A stretch of 64,000 nucleotides of DNA from Planctomycetota bacterium (GTDB lineage Bacteria; Planctomycetota; UBA1135; UBA2386), in the NCBI GenBank assembly GCA_947501605.1, contig CANMWZ010000009.1:1-64000 (forward strand), written 5' to 3'. The notes beneath the pieces are model-generated. The model was not told where the DNA came from. It saw only the letters and a program-made list of their open reading frames with translations, and ran no database searches. Numbering within the stretch: the first letter of the stretch is position 1; each line of letters begins with the position of its first letter. Made by a program: the position numbers and the translations under genes. This document shows, one piece after another, positions 48,842-58,914 of the stretch.

Positions 48842-49675
48842 CTAGCGGCCGGACCTGCGTGGCACGGCCGCACGCATTCGTTGTAGCAAGGGATCCTGCG
48901 GCCAAGCACCCACTGCGGTCGACTGGACGAGGTTCGTGAACATCATTGGATGCTCGATCTTGGGCGTGCGCAGGTCGAGGCTGCGGCGCACCGCACGGAC
49001 AGCGAGCACCGCCGCGGGGATGAGCATGATGCCGGGCTCATCGAACTCCGCCGGCTGCCCGGGGGCGCTGCGCGTGCATTCGAGGTGCAAGTCGCAGAGT
49101 GACTGCAGGCGGCGGGCCAGCATGTCGCTGTCGCCGGTCCACGCTTGCAGCACGTCGCCGTAGAGGCCGAGTCGCGGCGTGATCACGGAGCGCCGATGTT
49201 GTCGAAGCCCGAGCAACTCGTGAAGGAACAGCGGCCAGGCGTCGTTTTCGCCGAAGCGATCCTGAGGCAGTTCCGCGTAGGCCTCGAGCAGTTCCTCGCC
49301 GTCGGGGTCGTCCAAGGCCAGAACCAGCGCGGCGCAGTTGGCGGTCTGCAGCACCGGCAAATCCGCGGCTTCCCCGCGGCGCGTGTTGGTGCGCTTCTGG
49401 CAGCGCAGCCATAGGGAGGTCCGCTGGAACGCGGCCCCGAGCCGAATGCGCTCCCAGCCGCTCTGATCGCCTTCGAGCACCGTGAGTTCACCACAGCCGA
49501 GGTGCCAAGTACCGAGCAGATAGCCGGCGATGGAGAGCTGGGTGCTGCGGCGTGGGTCAGCGAGCGCGTCCTCCACCATGCGCACCGGGCCGCGATGGAA
49601 GTTGCGCTCGGTGCTGGGTTGTAGGGTCCATTCGCGCAAACGGCGCTGCAGGCTGGTGACGTCAGTGGGAGGCAT
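48842..49675 (-). CDS. Hypothetical helical protein resembling toxin-immunity-type families
   Basis: Motif chain LGLY..VL..W, LCDLHL, EF, LIP..VLAV..VR..L.L..P.IEHP. Family assignment by recollection only. Confidence 0.5.
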   Translation of the reverse strand: MPPTDVTSLQRRLREWTLQPSTERNFHRGPVRMVEDALADPRRSTQLSIAGYLLGTWHLGCGELTVLEGDQSGWERIRLGAAFQRTSLWLRCQKRTNTRRGEAADLPVLQTANCAALVLALDDPDGEELLEAYAELPQDRFGENDAWPLFLHELLGLRQHRRSVITPRLGLYGDVLQAWTGDSDMLARRLQSLCDLHLECTRSAPGQPAEFDEPGIMLIPAAVLAVRAVRRSLDLRTPKIEHPMMFTNLVQSTAVGAWPQDPLLQRMRAAVPRRSGR

Positions 49676-49753
49676 GCGCGGTGGGCGTGGCCGGGGTGGC
49701 GCGTTGCGGCACCCGAACAGCACGCAGTCTGCCGGCAGGCTAGACTCCTCGCC

Positions 49754-51262
49754 ATGCCCTATCTACGCGCCTTGCTGTCGATCCTCGTCGCGGCGGTCTT
49801 CGCCGGCTCGCTGCGAGCGACGTGGTCGATCATCTTGATCGACACGCGAACGGGGGAGATTGCCATCGCTTCGGCCACGTGTCTCACTGGTTTCGATCTG
49901 CAGCGCGAAGCCTGCGTCGTGCTCGTTGGTCGCGGCGCGGCCGCGGCGCAGTCGTTCGTCGACCTGAGCGGCGCCAATCGCGTACTCATCTTCACGCAAC
50001 TTGGCGCCGGCACCGACCCGACGCAGATTCTCGCGCAGCTCGCGGCCACGGACACCGGGCACCAATCGCGCCAGTACGGGATTGTCGACACGCAAGGCCG
50101 AGCGATTGGCTTCAGTGGGACTGGAGCGGGTGCCTTCGCCGGGCACCTCACTGGCCAGATCGGGACGATCGTCTACGCGGTTCAGGGCAACGTGCTCACG
50201 GGCCAGCCGGTGATCACGGCGGCCGAGCAGGCGATCCGCAACACGCCTGGAGACCTCGCCGAGAAGCTGATGGCGGCGATGCAGGCAGCGAGGCTGTTTG
50301 GCGGCGACGGCCGCTGCTCTTGCAACCCGAACCTGCCGACCCAGTGCGGTGCGCCACCGGCGAGTTTCACCAAGTCGGCGCACATCGGCTACATGCTGGT
50401 GGCTCGGCCCGGCGACACCGACGGCGTCTGCAGCGGTGCCGTTGGCTGCGCCAACGGCAGCTACTACCTCAACTTCAACGTCGCCAATCAGCAGAACTCG
50501 TCGCCCGAACCGATCGACCAGCTGCGCCAGCGGTTCTTGAACTGGCGCCTGCAGACCGTGCTGAGACCCGATCATTTCCTGTCGTCGATCGCGGTGGAGC
50601 CGCGCCGCCTGCTCGACGACGGCATCACCACGACACGCCTGCAGATCGAGTTGCGCGATTGGCGCGGGGTGCGGTTGCCGTTTGGCGGCGCGCAGGTAGC
50701 GGTGACCCAAACGTCGGGGCCGGCGCTTGCGATCGGCGGCACGGTCGACAACGGCGACGGTAGCTACTCGGTGCCAGTCGGTCCCGCCAACGCGGTCGGC
50801 ACGGCGACCCTTCGCGTCGTGGTCAACGATGGCCAGGGTCCGGTTCTGCTGACGCCCTCGCCGCAGGTCGAGGTCGCCGCCGACTCGTTGTGGCTGTCGC
50901 GCGGCGCGGTCGGCGCGGTTTCGGGCGGTTCCTTCAACGCCGTGCTCCGCGGGGGAACGGCGTTCGCGAACCGACCCTATCTGTTGCTCGCATCTGCTTC
51001 GGGTACTTCGCCGGGAATTCCCCTGGCCCCAGGGGTCACGCTGCCTCTCGTCCCGGATGGCCTCACGTTCTTCTTGCTCGAGCTCGCGCCGTCGACGACG
51101 TCATTGCTCGGCCCGCTCGACGCGCAGGGGCGCGCGACGTTGCCGTTCGCAGTGCCACCTGGCTTGTTCGCCTCGCTCCCCGGCGGCCGACTCGACTTCG
51201 CCTGGCTGACACTGGCGCCGATCGACTTTGCCAGCAATCCGGCCGGCATCGACCTGCGCTGA
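49754..51262 (+). CDS. Secreted DUF1028 (Ntn-hydrolase-like) protein with invasin/Ig-like domain
   Basis: ATWSIILID..TGEIAIA, RQYGIVD, VQGNVL, GGDGR, followed by TVDNGDGSYSV Ig-like motif. Confidence 0.82.
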   Translation: MPYLRALLSILVAAVFAGSLRATWSIILIDTRTGEIAIASATCLTGFDLQREACVVLVGRGAAAAQSFVDLSGANRVLIFTQLGAGTDPTQILAQLAATDTGHQSRQYGIVDTQGRAIGFSGTGAGAFAGHLTGQIGTIVYAVQGNVLTGQPVITAAEQAIRNTPGDLAEKLMAAMQAARLFGGDGRCSCNPNLPTQCGAPPASFTKSAHIGYMLVARPGDTDGVCSGAVGCANGSYYLNFNVANQQNSSPEPIDQLRQRFLNWRLQTVLRPDHFLSSIAVEPRRLLDDGITTTRLQIELRDWRGVRLPFGGAQVAVTQTSGPALAIGGTVDNGDGSYSVPVGPANAVGTATLRVVVNDGQGPVLLTPSPQVEVAADSLWLSRGAVGAVSGGSFNAVLRGGTAFANRPYLLLASASGTSPGIPLAPGVTLPLVPDGLTFFLLELAPSTTSLLGPLDAQGRATLPFAVPPGLFASLPGGRLDFAWLTLAPIDFASNPAGIDLR

Positions 51263-51356
51263 AGCTTCACGGACGGCGTGCGGCTCGATGCGACGCGGAG
51301 CTTGACGAGAGCGGTCGCGGTGGATGTCCTCTGCCTCCTTCCAACGGAGGCATCGC

Positions 51357-51971
51357 ATGAAGACTCTGCTCGCTGTCGCGGCCCTGACCGCCGCGTTTTC
51401 GTTCCGCACCGATCCGGTCACCAGCCCCGCGCCGAAGGACGCGTGGATCATCGACACGGCGCATTCGTCCGTCGTGTTCAAGGTCAAGCACGCTGGCTCA
51501 TCGTGGTTCTACGGCGTCTTCAAGACCGTGACCGGCACGATCGCGCTCGACGCGGCGGCGCCAGACCAGAGCTCGTTCGCTGTCGAAATCGACGCGGCGT
51601 CGATCGACACGCGCATCGCGGACCGCGACCAGCATCTGCGCGGGCCAGATTTCTTCGACTGCAAGCAGTTCCCGACGCTGAGCTTCACGAGTTCCAAGGT
51701 CGAGAAGGCCGGGGACGATTTCACGGTCGCCGGCACGTTGTCGCTGCACGGCATCGACAAACCGCTGACCGTCGTCGTGAAGCCGAGCGGCACGGGCGAG
51801 ATGATGGGCAAGAAGGTGGCCGGCTTCGAGACGACCTTTGTGATCAAGCGCAGCGACTTCGGCATCGAGTACGGGCTCGCGCAAAAAGCCCTTGGCGACG
51901 AGGTGCACCTGACGATCGCGGTCGAGGCCAATCCAATGGAAGCCAAGAAGGAAGCGGGCAAGTCCAAATGA
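51357..51971 (+). CDS. YceI family polyisoprenoid-binding protein
   Basis: WIIDTAHSSVVFKVKH, SIDT...RDQHLRGPDFFD, GTLSLHG, IKRSDFG. GGAGG RBS. Confidence 0.92.
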   Translation: MKTLLAVAALTAAFSFRTDPVTSPAPKDAWIIDTAHSSVVFKVKHAGSSWFYGVFKTVTGTIALDAAAPDQSSFAVEIDAASIDTRIADRDQHLRGPDFFDCKQFPTLSFTSSKVEKAGDDFTVAGTLSLHGIDKPLTVVVKPSGTGEMMGKKVAGFETTFVIKRSDFGIEYGLAQKALGDEVHLTIAVEANPMEAKKEAGKSK

Positions 51972-52001
51972 CCGTCACCGTCGCGAGGAGCTGAGCAGCC
52001 C

Positions 52002-52832
52002 GTGGCCGATGTAATCCGTGCCGTGCTCTATGGCGTGCTGCCAGCACTCGGGGCGGCGCTGCTGTTGGTCGGGCTCCTAGGCACCCGGTGGCTTGGCGTC
52101 GCGAACGGGCTAGGCCTGCTGGTGACCCTTGGTCTGCTGAAGCAGCGTCGGCCGCTGTGGCCGCATGAGCTGTGGGCGGGCAACAACGACGCGATGCTGT
52201 GGTTGTGCTGGGGCGCGCTTGCGGTCGGCCTGCTCGCGGCCCTGCACCCACGGCGGGAGTTGCCGGGTTGGCTCGCGGTGCCATCTGGGCTCGCCTGCAT
52301 TGGCGGCAACTTCTGGCTGGTGCTGGTCAATCCGCGAAAGCGCTGGGAAGTGACGGAGTGCGTGCTGCAGCACGGCGCCGCCATCGCGGTGGCAGCCGTG
52401 GGGTGGTTGTCCGTGCGGCGCGCGATCGGTGCGCGTCCAGGTCCCCTCATGGCTTGGGCACTCAGTGGCTGCCTCGCGGGGGATGCCGCGTTGTTGCACT
52501 TCAGCGGCAGCACGCTGCAAGGTCAGCTCGGCGGCGCCGTGGCGACGGCGTTTGCCGCGGCCGCCGGAACCGCATTGTGGCGCCACCCATTCGTGCTCGA
52601 TCGCACCGCAGCCTTGCCGTTCGCGGCGATTCATGGCGGCCTGCTCCTGACCGGCGTCCACCTCAGCGAGCTCGGTCCGGTGCCCGCAGTCCTGGCGGGG
52701 GTGGCACCGTGCGCGCTGGTGCTCTGTGGGGCGGCCAATACGGGCACCGCCGGGGCGATGCGCTTCCTGCTCGGGTTTGCCGGGATGGTCGCGCTGCTCG
52801 GGTCGGCCGTCTGGCTGACGCAGAAGGGCTGA
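52002..52832 (+). CDS. Polytopic membrane protein of unknown function
   Basis: About 9-10 hydrophobic segments, GAGGAG upstream of GTG. Confidence 0.7.
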   Translation: MADVIRAVLYGVLPALGAALLLVGLLGTRWLGVANGLGLLVTLGLLKQRRPLWPHELWAGNNDAMLWLCWGALAVGLLAALHPRRELPGWLAVPSGLACIGGNFWLVLVNPRKRWEVTECVLQHGAAIAVAAVGWLSVRRAIGARPGPLMAWALSGCLAGDAALLHFSGSTLQGQLGGAVATAFAAAAGTALWRHPFVLDRTAALPFAAIHGGLLLTGVHLSELGPVPAVLAGVAPCALVLCGAANTGTAGAMRFLLGFAGMVALLGSAVWLTQKG

Positions 52833-52949
52833 CGGCGCGCGCGAGACCGCCAAAGAAAACCCGAGGTCGCGGCAAGACAACCAGGCTGCGATCTTGCATC
52901 ATCGTTCGCCGGTCACCTGGGCGGGTGGCCGACATTCCTTCAGCTACCG

Positions 52950-53894
52950 ATGGTCGACCGTTTGGGAGATAGGCAGCCCGGTGTCGCTCCTGCGACCGCC
53001 GGAGCTCTGGGTCCGCGTGGACGCGGGCTGTTCGGTCGTTTGCTCGACGGTCTCCGCAGTAGCCCCGCGCAGCGCGCCGAAGCGTGCTCGATTGCGGTCG
53101 CGAGCGGCAAGGGCGGAACTGGCAAGTCGTTTGTCGCTACGTCGCTCGCCGTGTTGCTGCATCGGGCCGGGCGCCGCACGACGTTGGTGGACTGTGACTT
53201 TGGCCTCGCGGCTGACCACCTGTTGCTGGGCGTCAAGCCGATTGCATCGCTGCAGCAGCTGCTGAGCGGCAAGGCGACGTTGGCACAGGTGTTGATCGAG
53301 ACGCCGTGTGGACCGCGGTTGCTGCCGGGTGCGTCGGGAGTGCGCAAGCTGGCCGCGATGAGCGACAAGGACATGCTGCAGTTCGCGCATGAACTCGGCG
53401 CCGTGGCTGCGGACAACGACGTCGTGCTACTCGACGTCGGGGCTGGGATCTCGCCGGCAGTGCTGCTGACCATGCTCGCGGCGGATCACATCGTGCTGGT
53501 CACCCAGCCCGAGATCGCCGCGCTCGTCGATGCCTACGCCGTCGTCAAGTGCGTTGCCCAACTGCGCAGCGACTCGCGCTTCCATGTGCTCGTGAACCGC
53601 GTGCAAACAAAAGGTCGCGGCGAGCAGGCCTACCAGAAGTTGACGGAGGTCTCGCGTCAGCACGTTGGCATCTCGCTCGACTATCTGGGCGAAGTGCTCG
53701 ACGATCCGCGCGTCAGTCAGCATCGACTCGGTCAACTGCCGCTGGTCGTCACCGAGCCAGGCGCCGCGACCAGCCTCGCCATGCTCGACATCGCCACGCG
53801 CCTCGAGCAGATCGCGGGTCCCCTGCAGCGTCGCTCCGTCGAAGGCGAAGCGGGGATCGAAGCGCGATTCCGCCGGCACCGACTGTTCCTCTGA
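52950..53894 (+). CDS. MinD/ParA-family ATPase, FlhG/FleN-like
   Basis: VASGKGGTGKS, VDCDFGLA, LPGASG, LDVGAGIS, VTQPEIAALVDAYAVVK, VNRV. Confidence 0.88.
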   Translation: MVDRLGDRQPGVAPATAGALGPRGRGLFGRLLDGLRSSPAQRAEACSIAVASGKGGTGKSFVATSLAVLLHRAGRRTTLVDCDFGLAADHLLLGVKPIASLQQLLSGKATLAQVLIETPCGPRLLPGASGVRKLAAMSDKDMLQFAHELGAVAADNDVVLLDVGAGISPAVLLTMLAADHIVLVTQPEIAALVDAYAVVKCVAQLRSDSRFHVLVNRVQTKGRGEQAYQKLTEVSRQHVGISLDYLGEVLDDPRVSQHRLGQLPLVVTEPGAATSLAMLDIATRLEQIAGPLQRRSVEGEAGIEARFRRHRLFL

Positions 53895-53918
53895 ACGGCG
53901 TTTGCTGGGGCGGTCGCA

Positions 53919-53943
53919 CGGCTGCTTTCGGCTGCTTTCGGCT
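53919..53943. repeat. Tandem repeat CGGCTGCTTT x2.5
   Basis: Read directly, convergent intergenic region. Confidence 0.7.
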
Positions 53944-54003
53944 CGCACCCGCGACCAGCGATCCGTGAACGCCTGCGGCCTCGGCGAACCGCGCCGTTCG
54001 CGC

Positions 54004-54720
54004 TCAGCGCGACGGTGGCACGGTTCCGCGCACGACGCAGTAAGCCTCCCAGTAGCCGCGACCGCGGCCGTGCACCAAGGAGCGATACGCGTTGAGGCCG
54101 CGAACGCAATGGTCGTAGGCGACGTACGCGGTCTGGCTCTCGTAGCAGAGCATGGCCTTCTGCTTCTGCTCGATCACGGACGTGACGTCGAGCACGAGGT
54201 CCGGCAGCATCGCGTTCCAGACTTCGTAGCCAAGGGCTAGGCCGTCGAAGCCGACCCGATCCAGTGCCTGCACGACAGTGTGGTGCAACGCGTGATGGTC
54301 GGGGTGGCCTTCAAGGGCCCAGGGCACGTAGACCACGCGTGGTCGCGCAGCTTGCAGTGCACGCACGGCATGCTGGGTCGCGAGCTCGAGGTCCTTCGCG
54401 CTGAGTTGGCAGCTGTCAGGAAAGCCCCAGAAGGCGACGTCGTGCACGCCGAGCTCGGCGAGGCCGCGGCGCGACTCGTCGCGGCGTCGCTGCGGGTAGG
54501 TGAGGGGGTCGTAGCGGCCGTCGGGGTCGCCGGCTTTGCCGTCAGTCGCGACCACGACCGCGACGGCATCGCCGGCCAGCCGGTGCAGCGCCAGGGCGCC
54601 GCCGGGCCCGGCGATTTCGTCGTCAGGATGCGGTGCGAAGGCGAGGGCTGGGCCAGCCGGGACGGCCTTGAGGAGATGGGGCGCGCGCGGCACCGGCGGC
54701 ATCGACTCGAACACGGACAT
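54004..54720 (-). CDS. PIG-L/LmbE family deacetylase
   Basis: FAPHPDDE, VATDG, RRDE, GHPDH, YESQ. Confidence 0.9.
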   Translation of the reverse strand: MSVFESMPPVPRAPHLLKAVPAGPALAFAPHPDDEIAGPGGALALHRLAGDAVAVVVATDGKAGDPDGRYDPLTYPQRRRDESRRGLAELGVHDVAFWGFPDSCQLSAKDLELATQHAVRALQAARPRVVYVPWALEGHPDHHALHHTVVQALDRVGFDGLALGYEVWNAMLPDLVLDVTSVIEQKQKAMLCYESQTAYVAYDHCVRGLNAYRSLVHGRGRGYWEAYCVVRGTVPPSR

Positions 54721-55012
54721 GCGGCGCATCCTACGTCGGCGCTCTGCTCGGCCTCAAAGGCGAAGTCCAGTCGGGCGGTCTCCGGTCCTCAAGTCCTGCG
54801 GCGTCATGGGGTCCCACAGTCAGATTCGGCTCGCCGTCATCGGTGGGCCGAAGTGCCGTTGCGAATGTGCTCGGGGGAGGGTTGCACTCCGAGCCCTGGC
54901 GGGCACGTTGTTCGGCTCGATCCGGCCCCATGGACGTTTTGCACGCGATCTTCGCCGTGCCTTCTTCCAGCCGTGGAGCCTGCTTCGCACCTTGTTCCCT
55001 GTAGGCACATAC

Positions 55013-56968
55013 ATGCTCCGATTCTCCAGTGCGATCGTTCTGCTCGCGTCCACCGTTGTGGCGCAGGACCATCTGTTCACGTTCGGCTTCGCCAGCTCCC
55101 TCGGCCCGGCCGCTCCGAATCCCGGACTGTCGACCTCGAACGCGGCGCACCCCTCGGGGCGCGTCAAGGACAACAACCTCGACGGTTTCATCCAAGTCCC
55201 GACCGAACTGCACACCTTCCTCTCGACCTGCTACCACACGAGTGGTGGCGCCTGCTTCATGACCGACGTCCGCGCGGTCGTGACCAACGGCGAGTACGAG
55301 TTCTTCTTCACCGACAGCGAACAGGGTCGCGTCATCCGCGGCGTCGATCGCAACCACAACGGTTTGCTCGATCGCGACGAGGACACGAATGGCAATGGCG
55401 TGTTGAACGTCGGCGAGGACACCAACGGCAACCTCGTGCTCGATACCGAAGTCAGCGAGTTCGCCTACTTCGGCGTCGGCACCGGCGTCGGTGCGATCAA
55501 GTTGTTCGCCCCTGACACGCTCGGTGTCTACCGCGACCCGATCAGCAGCCAGACTCGCGTCTACGTCGGTATCGATACGCCATCGAACCTCGGGTTCGCG
55601 CGCGGCATCCACAAGCTCGTCGACGTCAACAACGACGGCGATGCCAAGGACCCAGGGGAGTCCTCACTGTTCGTCAACTCGACGATCCCGCTGACCACGC
55701 CGGGCCTCGGCACGCCGCTGCCAAACTTCTGGCAGCAGGTCCGCATCCTGCCGGGCGGCAAGATCATCGGCTACGCCAGTGGCTTGACCTACACGGCCTT
55801 GAGCACGTTGACGAACGAGAACTGCTTCTACGGCTTCACCGACAATGGCGGCGCAACGGCTGCGACGGTTGAGGTCTGGTTCAACTGCTCGACGCTCAAC
55901 TTGCTGCCGCGCCACCCGGACTTCCAGAGCGGCACGTTCCCGGTGATGGACATCGACTACGTGAACGGCGTCACGCCGACGCGGCGCACGTTCGCGCGTT
56001 GGCTCGCAGTCAGTGAGGCTGGTGGTACTGCCGGCGTCGTTCCTGCGTACTACCTCGCGAACAGCTACACCTGGGGCACGACCCAGGCGCCGCCGTCGTT
56101 CGGTGACATCAACGTCAACGGTCAGCACCTCTCGGGCCTCGTCTACCGCGTCAACGACCTCAACAACAACCAGGTCATCGACGCCGGCGAACTTGGCCTC
56201 TGGGCCAACATGTCGGGTGCCACGGTCGCAGGCATTCCGGCCGCGACCTTCGTGAACGCGCAGAGCAGCGTGGTCATCAACACGTTGAACGACCGCACCT
56301 GGAGCGTCGATGCGACGCGCGAGGGCGAGTTCAACTTCGTCTACGCCAACGGTGGCGGCGCCGATGCGATGGTGGCGATCCGCGACACCAGCTTTGACGA
56401 CGTGATCCAGACCGGCGAAATCAACATGACGTACTACACGTCAGCGCCCGGCGGCGTCTTCCCGCCGCCGATGAACCCGGCGCTCGGTCCGTTCTTCAGC
56501 AGCGGCCACGCGTCGCTGGCGGACGGTACCCTTCCTGGCCCGTTCCTCACCGGCCTCGGCGTCACTGGCGAAGGCTGCATGGTCCCCGGCACGGGCTACA
56601 ACACGCTGATGGATGCGTGGGGCGGCTCGCCGGCGCAGGGCAACGCCGCGTTCAAGATCGGTGCGATCCGCGGCATTCCGTTCTTCCCCGCGATCATGAC
56701 CATCGAAGCGGCGCTGCTGCCAGCTCCGTTCCCGTTGTCGTCGGTTGGCTTCCCGGCCGGCTGTCAGCTCTACACGCCAAACCCGCAGATCTTCGGCTTC
56801 ACCTTTGCCGACGCGCGCGGCCGCTCGATCTTTGGCGCGGGCATCCCGGTGAACCCCGGTCTCATTGGCCAGACTGCCATCTTCCAGGGCGCAGTCCTCG
56901 ACACGTCGAGCCCCGCGTCACTGCAGTGGCACACGACGAACGCGCTGCTGGTCACGATCCAGCCGTGA
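55013..56968 (+). CDS. Secreted protein with Ca-binding-like DxNxNG loops and shared C-terminal module
   Basis: Signal peptide ending VVAQ, loops DNNLDG, DRNHNG, DTNGNG, DTNGNL, DVNNDG, DLNNNQ, many followed by Glu at loop end. Confidence 0.72.
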   Translation: MLRFSSAIVLLASTVVAQDHLFTFGFASSLGPAAPNPGLSTSNAAHPSGRVKDNNLDGFIQVPTELHTFLSTCYHTSGGACFMTDVRAVVTNGEYEFFFTDSEQGRVIRGVDRNHNGLLDRDEDTNGNGVLNVGEDTNGNLVLDTEVSEFAYFGVGTGVGAIKLFAPDTLGVYRDPISSQTRVYVGIDTPSNLGFARGIHKLVDVNNDGDAKDPGESSLFVNSTIPLTTPGLGTPLPNFWQQVRILPGGKIIGYASGLTYTALSTLTNENCFYGFTDNGGATAATVEVWFNCSTLNLLPRHPDFQSGTFPVMDIDYVNGVTPTRRTFARWLAVSEAGGTAGVVPAYYLANSYTWGTTQAPPSFGDINVNGQHLSGLVYRVNDLNNNQVIDAGELGLWANMSGATVAGIPAATFVNAQSSVVINTLNDRTWSVDATREGEFNFVYANGGGADAMVAIRDTSFDDVIQTGEINMTYYTSAPGGVFPPPMNPALGPFFSSGHASLADGTLPGPFLTGLGVTGEGCMVPGTGYNTLMDAWGGSPAQGNAAFKIGAIRGIPFFPAIMTIEAALLPAPFPLSSVGFPAGCQLYTPNPQIFGFTFADARGRSIFGAGIPVNPGLIGQTAIFQGAVLDTSSPASLQWHTTNALLVTIQP

Positions 56969-56995
56969 TCGGCTAGCGCGCCGCGCCGCGCGTTC

Positions 56996-58822
56996 CTACT
57001 GAGGAGCGCGCGGCTGCAGTCGCGGCAACAAGCGCAGCAGGATCGCAATCGCGATCGCCGCGAACAGCAGGCACATCGTGGCCTTGCCCCAGTCGCCGAA
57101 GATGGCGGCACCGATCCCGGGCAATGTGGCCCAGATCGCGGCGGTGCCGAGCACGGCGCAGAACAGCGACATGCCGAGCGTCCCATCCGGCTTCGCCTCG
57201 GGCGCGACCGCGCGGATCGGGCCCCAGCCGGGCCCGTCCGGGCGCACCTTGCGGAAGAACGCGGCGAGGTGCTCCTTGGGCTCTGGCCTCGTCACGAACG
57301 TGGCCACGAGCCACAGCACCAAAGTGCCAGTGGCGACGATCAGCGCGGTGTACTGCGCGGGCATGTGCTCGGCCTTTGGTAGATCCGACTCGACCGCGGC
57401 GCGCCATGCCGTGACTAGCGAGAACAACACGACCGAGCCGACCATCGCGACGATTTCGCTCCACGCGTTGATGCGCCACCAGAACCACCGCAGGATGAAC
57501 ACCGCGCCGAGTCCGGCGCCGAGGGCCGCTAGCAGTGCCCATGCGTCCTTCACCGACACGTTCTGCACGATCATGATCCACGACGCGATGCCGCCGAGGA
57601 GCAGCACGATCGCCGAGGCCCATTTCGACGCCGCCACGAGGTCGCGGTCGTTTGCCTCTGGTCGCGCGAATCGCCGCCACACGTCGTTGACGAGATAGCT
57701 CGCGCCCCAGTTCATCTGCGTGCTGATCGTCGACATGTAGGCGGCAAAGAAGGTGACCAGCAGCAGCCCGCGCAGGCCGGTGGGCGCCAGTTCGCGAATC
57801 AGCATCGGAAAGCCGGTGCCGGCGTCGGTCGCATCGTTGCCGTCTGTCGCCCAGGTGCGGAGTTCGGGGTGCAGAGCCAGCGCCGCGAACGCGACCAGGA
57901 TCCATGGCCACGGCCGCAGGCAGTAGTGGGCGAGCTGGAACAGCAGTGTCGCCTTCACCGCGTGGCGCTCGTCCTTGCACGACGCCATGCGCTGCACGAT
58001 GTAGCCACCGCCACCGGGTTCGGCGCCGGGGTACCACGTGGCCCACCATTGGCCGAGCACGAGGGCCAAGAACACACCGAGTGGCATCCACGCCGCCTGG
58101 GAGAAGTCGGGCACGAAGTCGAACAACTGCGTGCCGCCAAAGTTCTGGATCGCGCGTTCGCGCAGTGCATCGGTGCCGCCGACGTGGTCGACGGCGACGA
58201 CGGCAAACACGATGCAGCCGATCATCGCCAGTACGAACTGCACGACGTCGGTGATGGCGACGCCCCACATGCCCGAGATCACGCTGTAGACGCCGGTCAC
58301 GACGAGCAGGATGGCGACGAGCCAGAAGTCCAACGAGCTGCCGGGCTCGAGGTTGGTCAGCACGGTCTGCTTCAGCACCTGGACCATCGCCTGCGTCACC
58401 CAACCGATGACGATCGAGTTGACGACGACGGCGACGTAGATCGCGCGGAACCCGCGCAAGAACGCGGCCGGCTTGCCGGCGTAGCGCAGTTCGATCAGCT
58501 CGACATCCGTCAGGACCTCGGCGCGGCGCCACAGTTTGGCGAACACGAACACCGTCAACATGCCGCCGAACGCGAAGGCCCACCAGAACCAGTTGCCGGC
58601 GAGGCCGTGCTCGGCGATGAGCCCGGTGAGCGCGAGCGGCGTGTCGGCCGCGAACGTGGTCGCGACCATGGACGTGCCGGCGACCCACCATGGCAGTGAG
58701 CGTCCCGAGGCGAAGTACTCGACGAAGCTCTCGCTCGCCTTGTTCTTGTAGTAGAGCCCGATGCCGAGTGAGACAGCGAAGAAGCCGAGGATGATCGCCC
58801 AATCGATCGCGTGGAGTTCCAT
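56996..58822 (-). CDS. Sodium:solute symporter (SSS) family protein
   Basis: YFASGRSLPWW.AGTSMVATTFAADTP, SGMWGV..TD..QF, YIVQRM, AAYMST, many TM helices. Confidence 0.92.
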   Translation of the reverse strand: MELHAIDWAIILGFFAVSLGIGLYYKNKASESFVEYFASGRSLPWWVAGTSMVATTFAADTPLALTGLIAEHGLAGNWFWWAFAFGGMLTVFVFAKLWRRAEVLTDVELIELRYAGKPAAFLRGFRAIYVAVVVNSIVIGWVTQAMVQVLKQTVLTNLEPGSSLDFWLVAILLVVTGVYSVISGMWGVAITDVVQFVLAMIGCIVFAVVAVDHVGGTDALRERAIQNFGGTQLFDFVPDFSQAAWMPLGVFLALVLGQWWATWYPGAEPGGGGYIVQRMASCKDERHAVKATLLFQLAHYCLRPWPWILVAFAALALHPELRTWATDGNDATDAGTGFPMLIRELAPTGLRGLLLVTFFAAYMSTISTQMNWGASYLVNDVWRRFARPEANDRDLVAASKWASAIVLLLGGIASWIMIVQNVSVKDAWALLAALGAGLGAVFILRWFWWRINAWSEIVAMVGSVVLFSLVTAWRAAVESDLPKAEHMPAQYTALIVATGTLVLWLVATFVTRPEPKEHLAAFFRKVRPDGPGWGPIRAVAPEAKPDGTLGMSLFCAVLGTAAIWATLPGIGAAIFGDWGKATMCLLFAAIAIAILLRLLPRLQPRAPQ

Positions 58823-58914
58823 CGCGAGCTAAGGAAGCGCGCACAGCGCCCGTTGGCCAGCGCCATCTGCCATCTCGCAAGCGATCGTCGTTCGCGGTAG
58901 TTTTTCGTCGGCGG

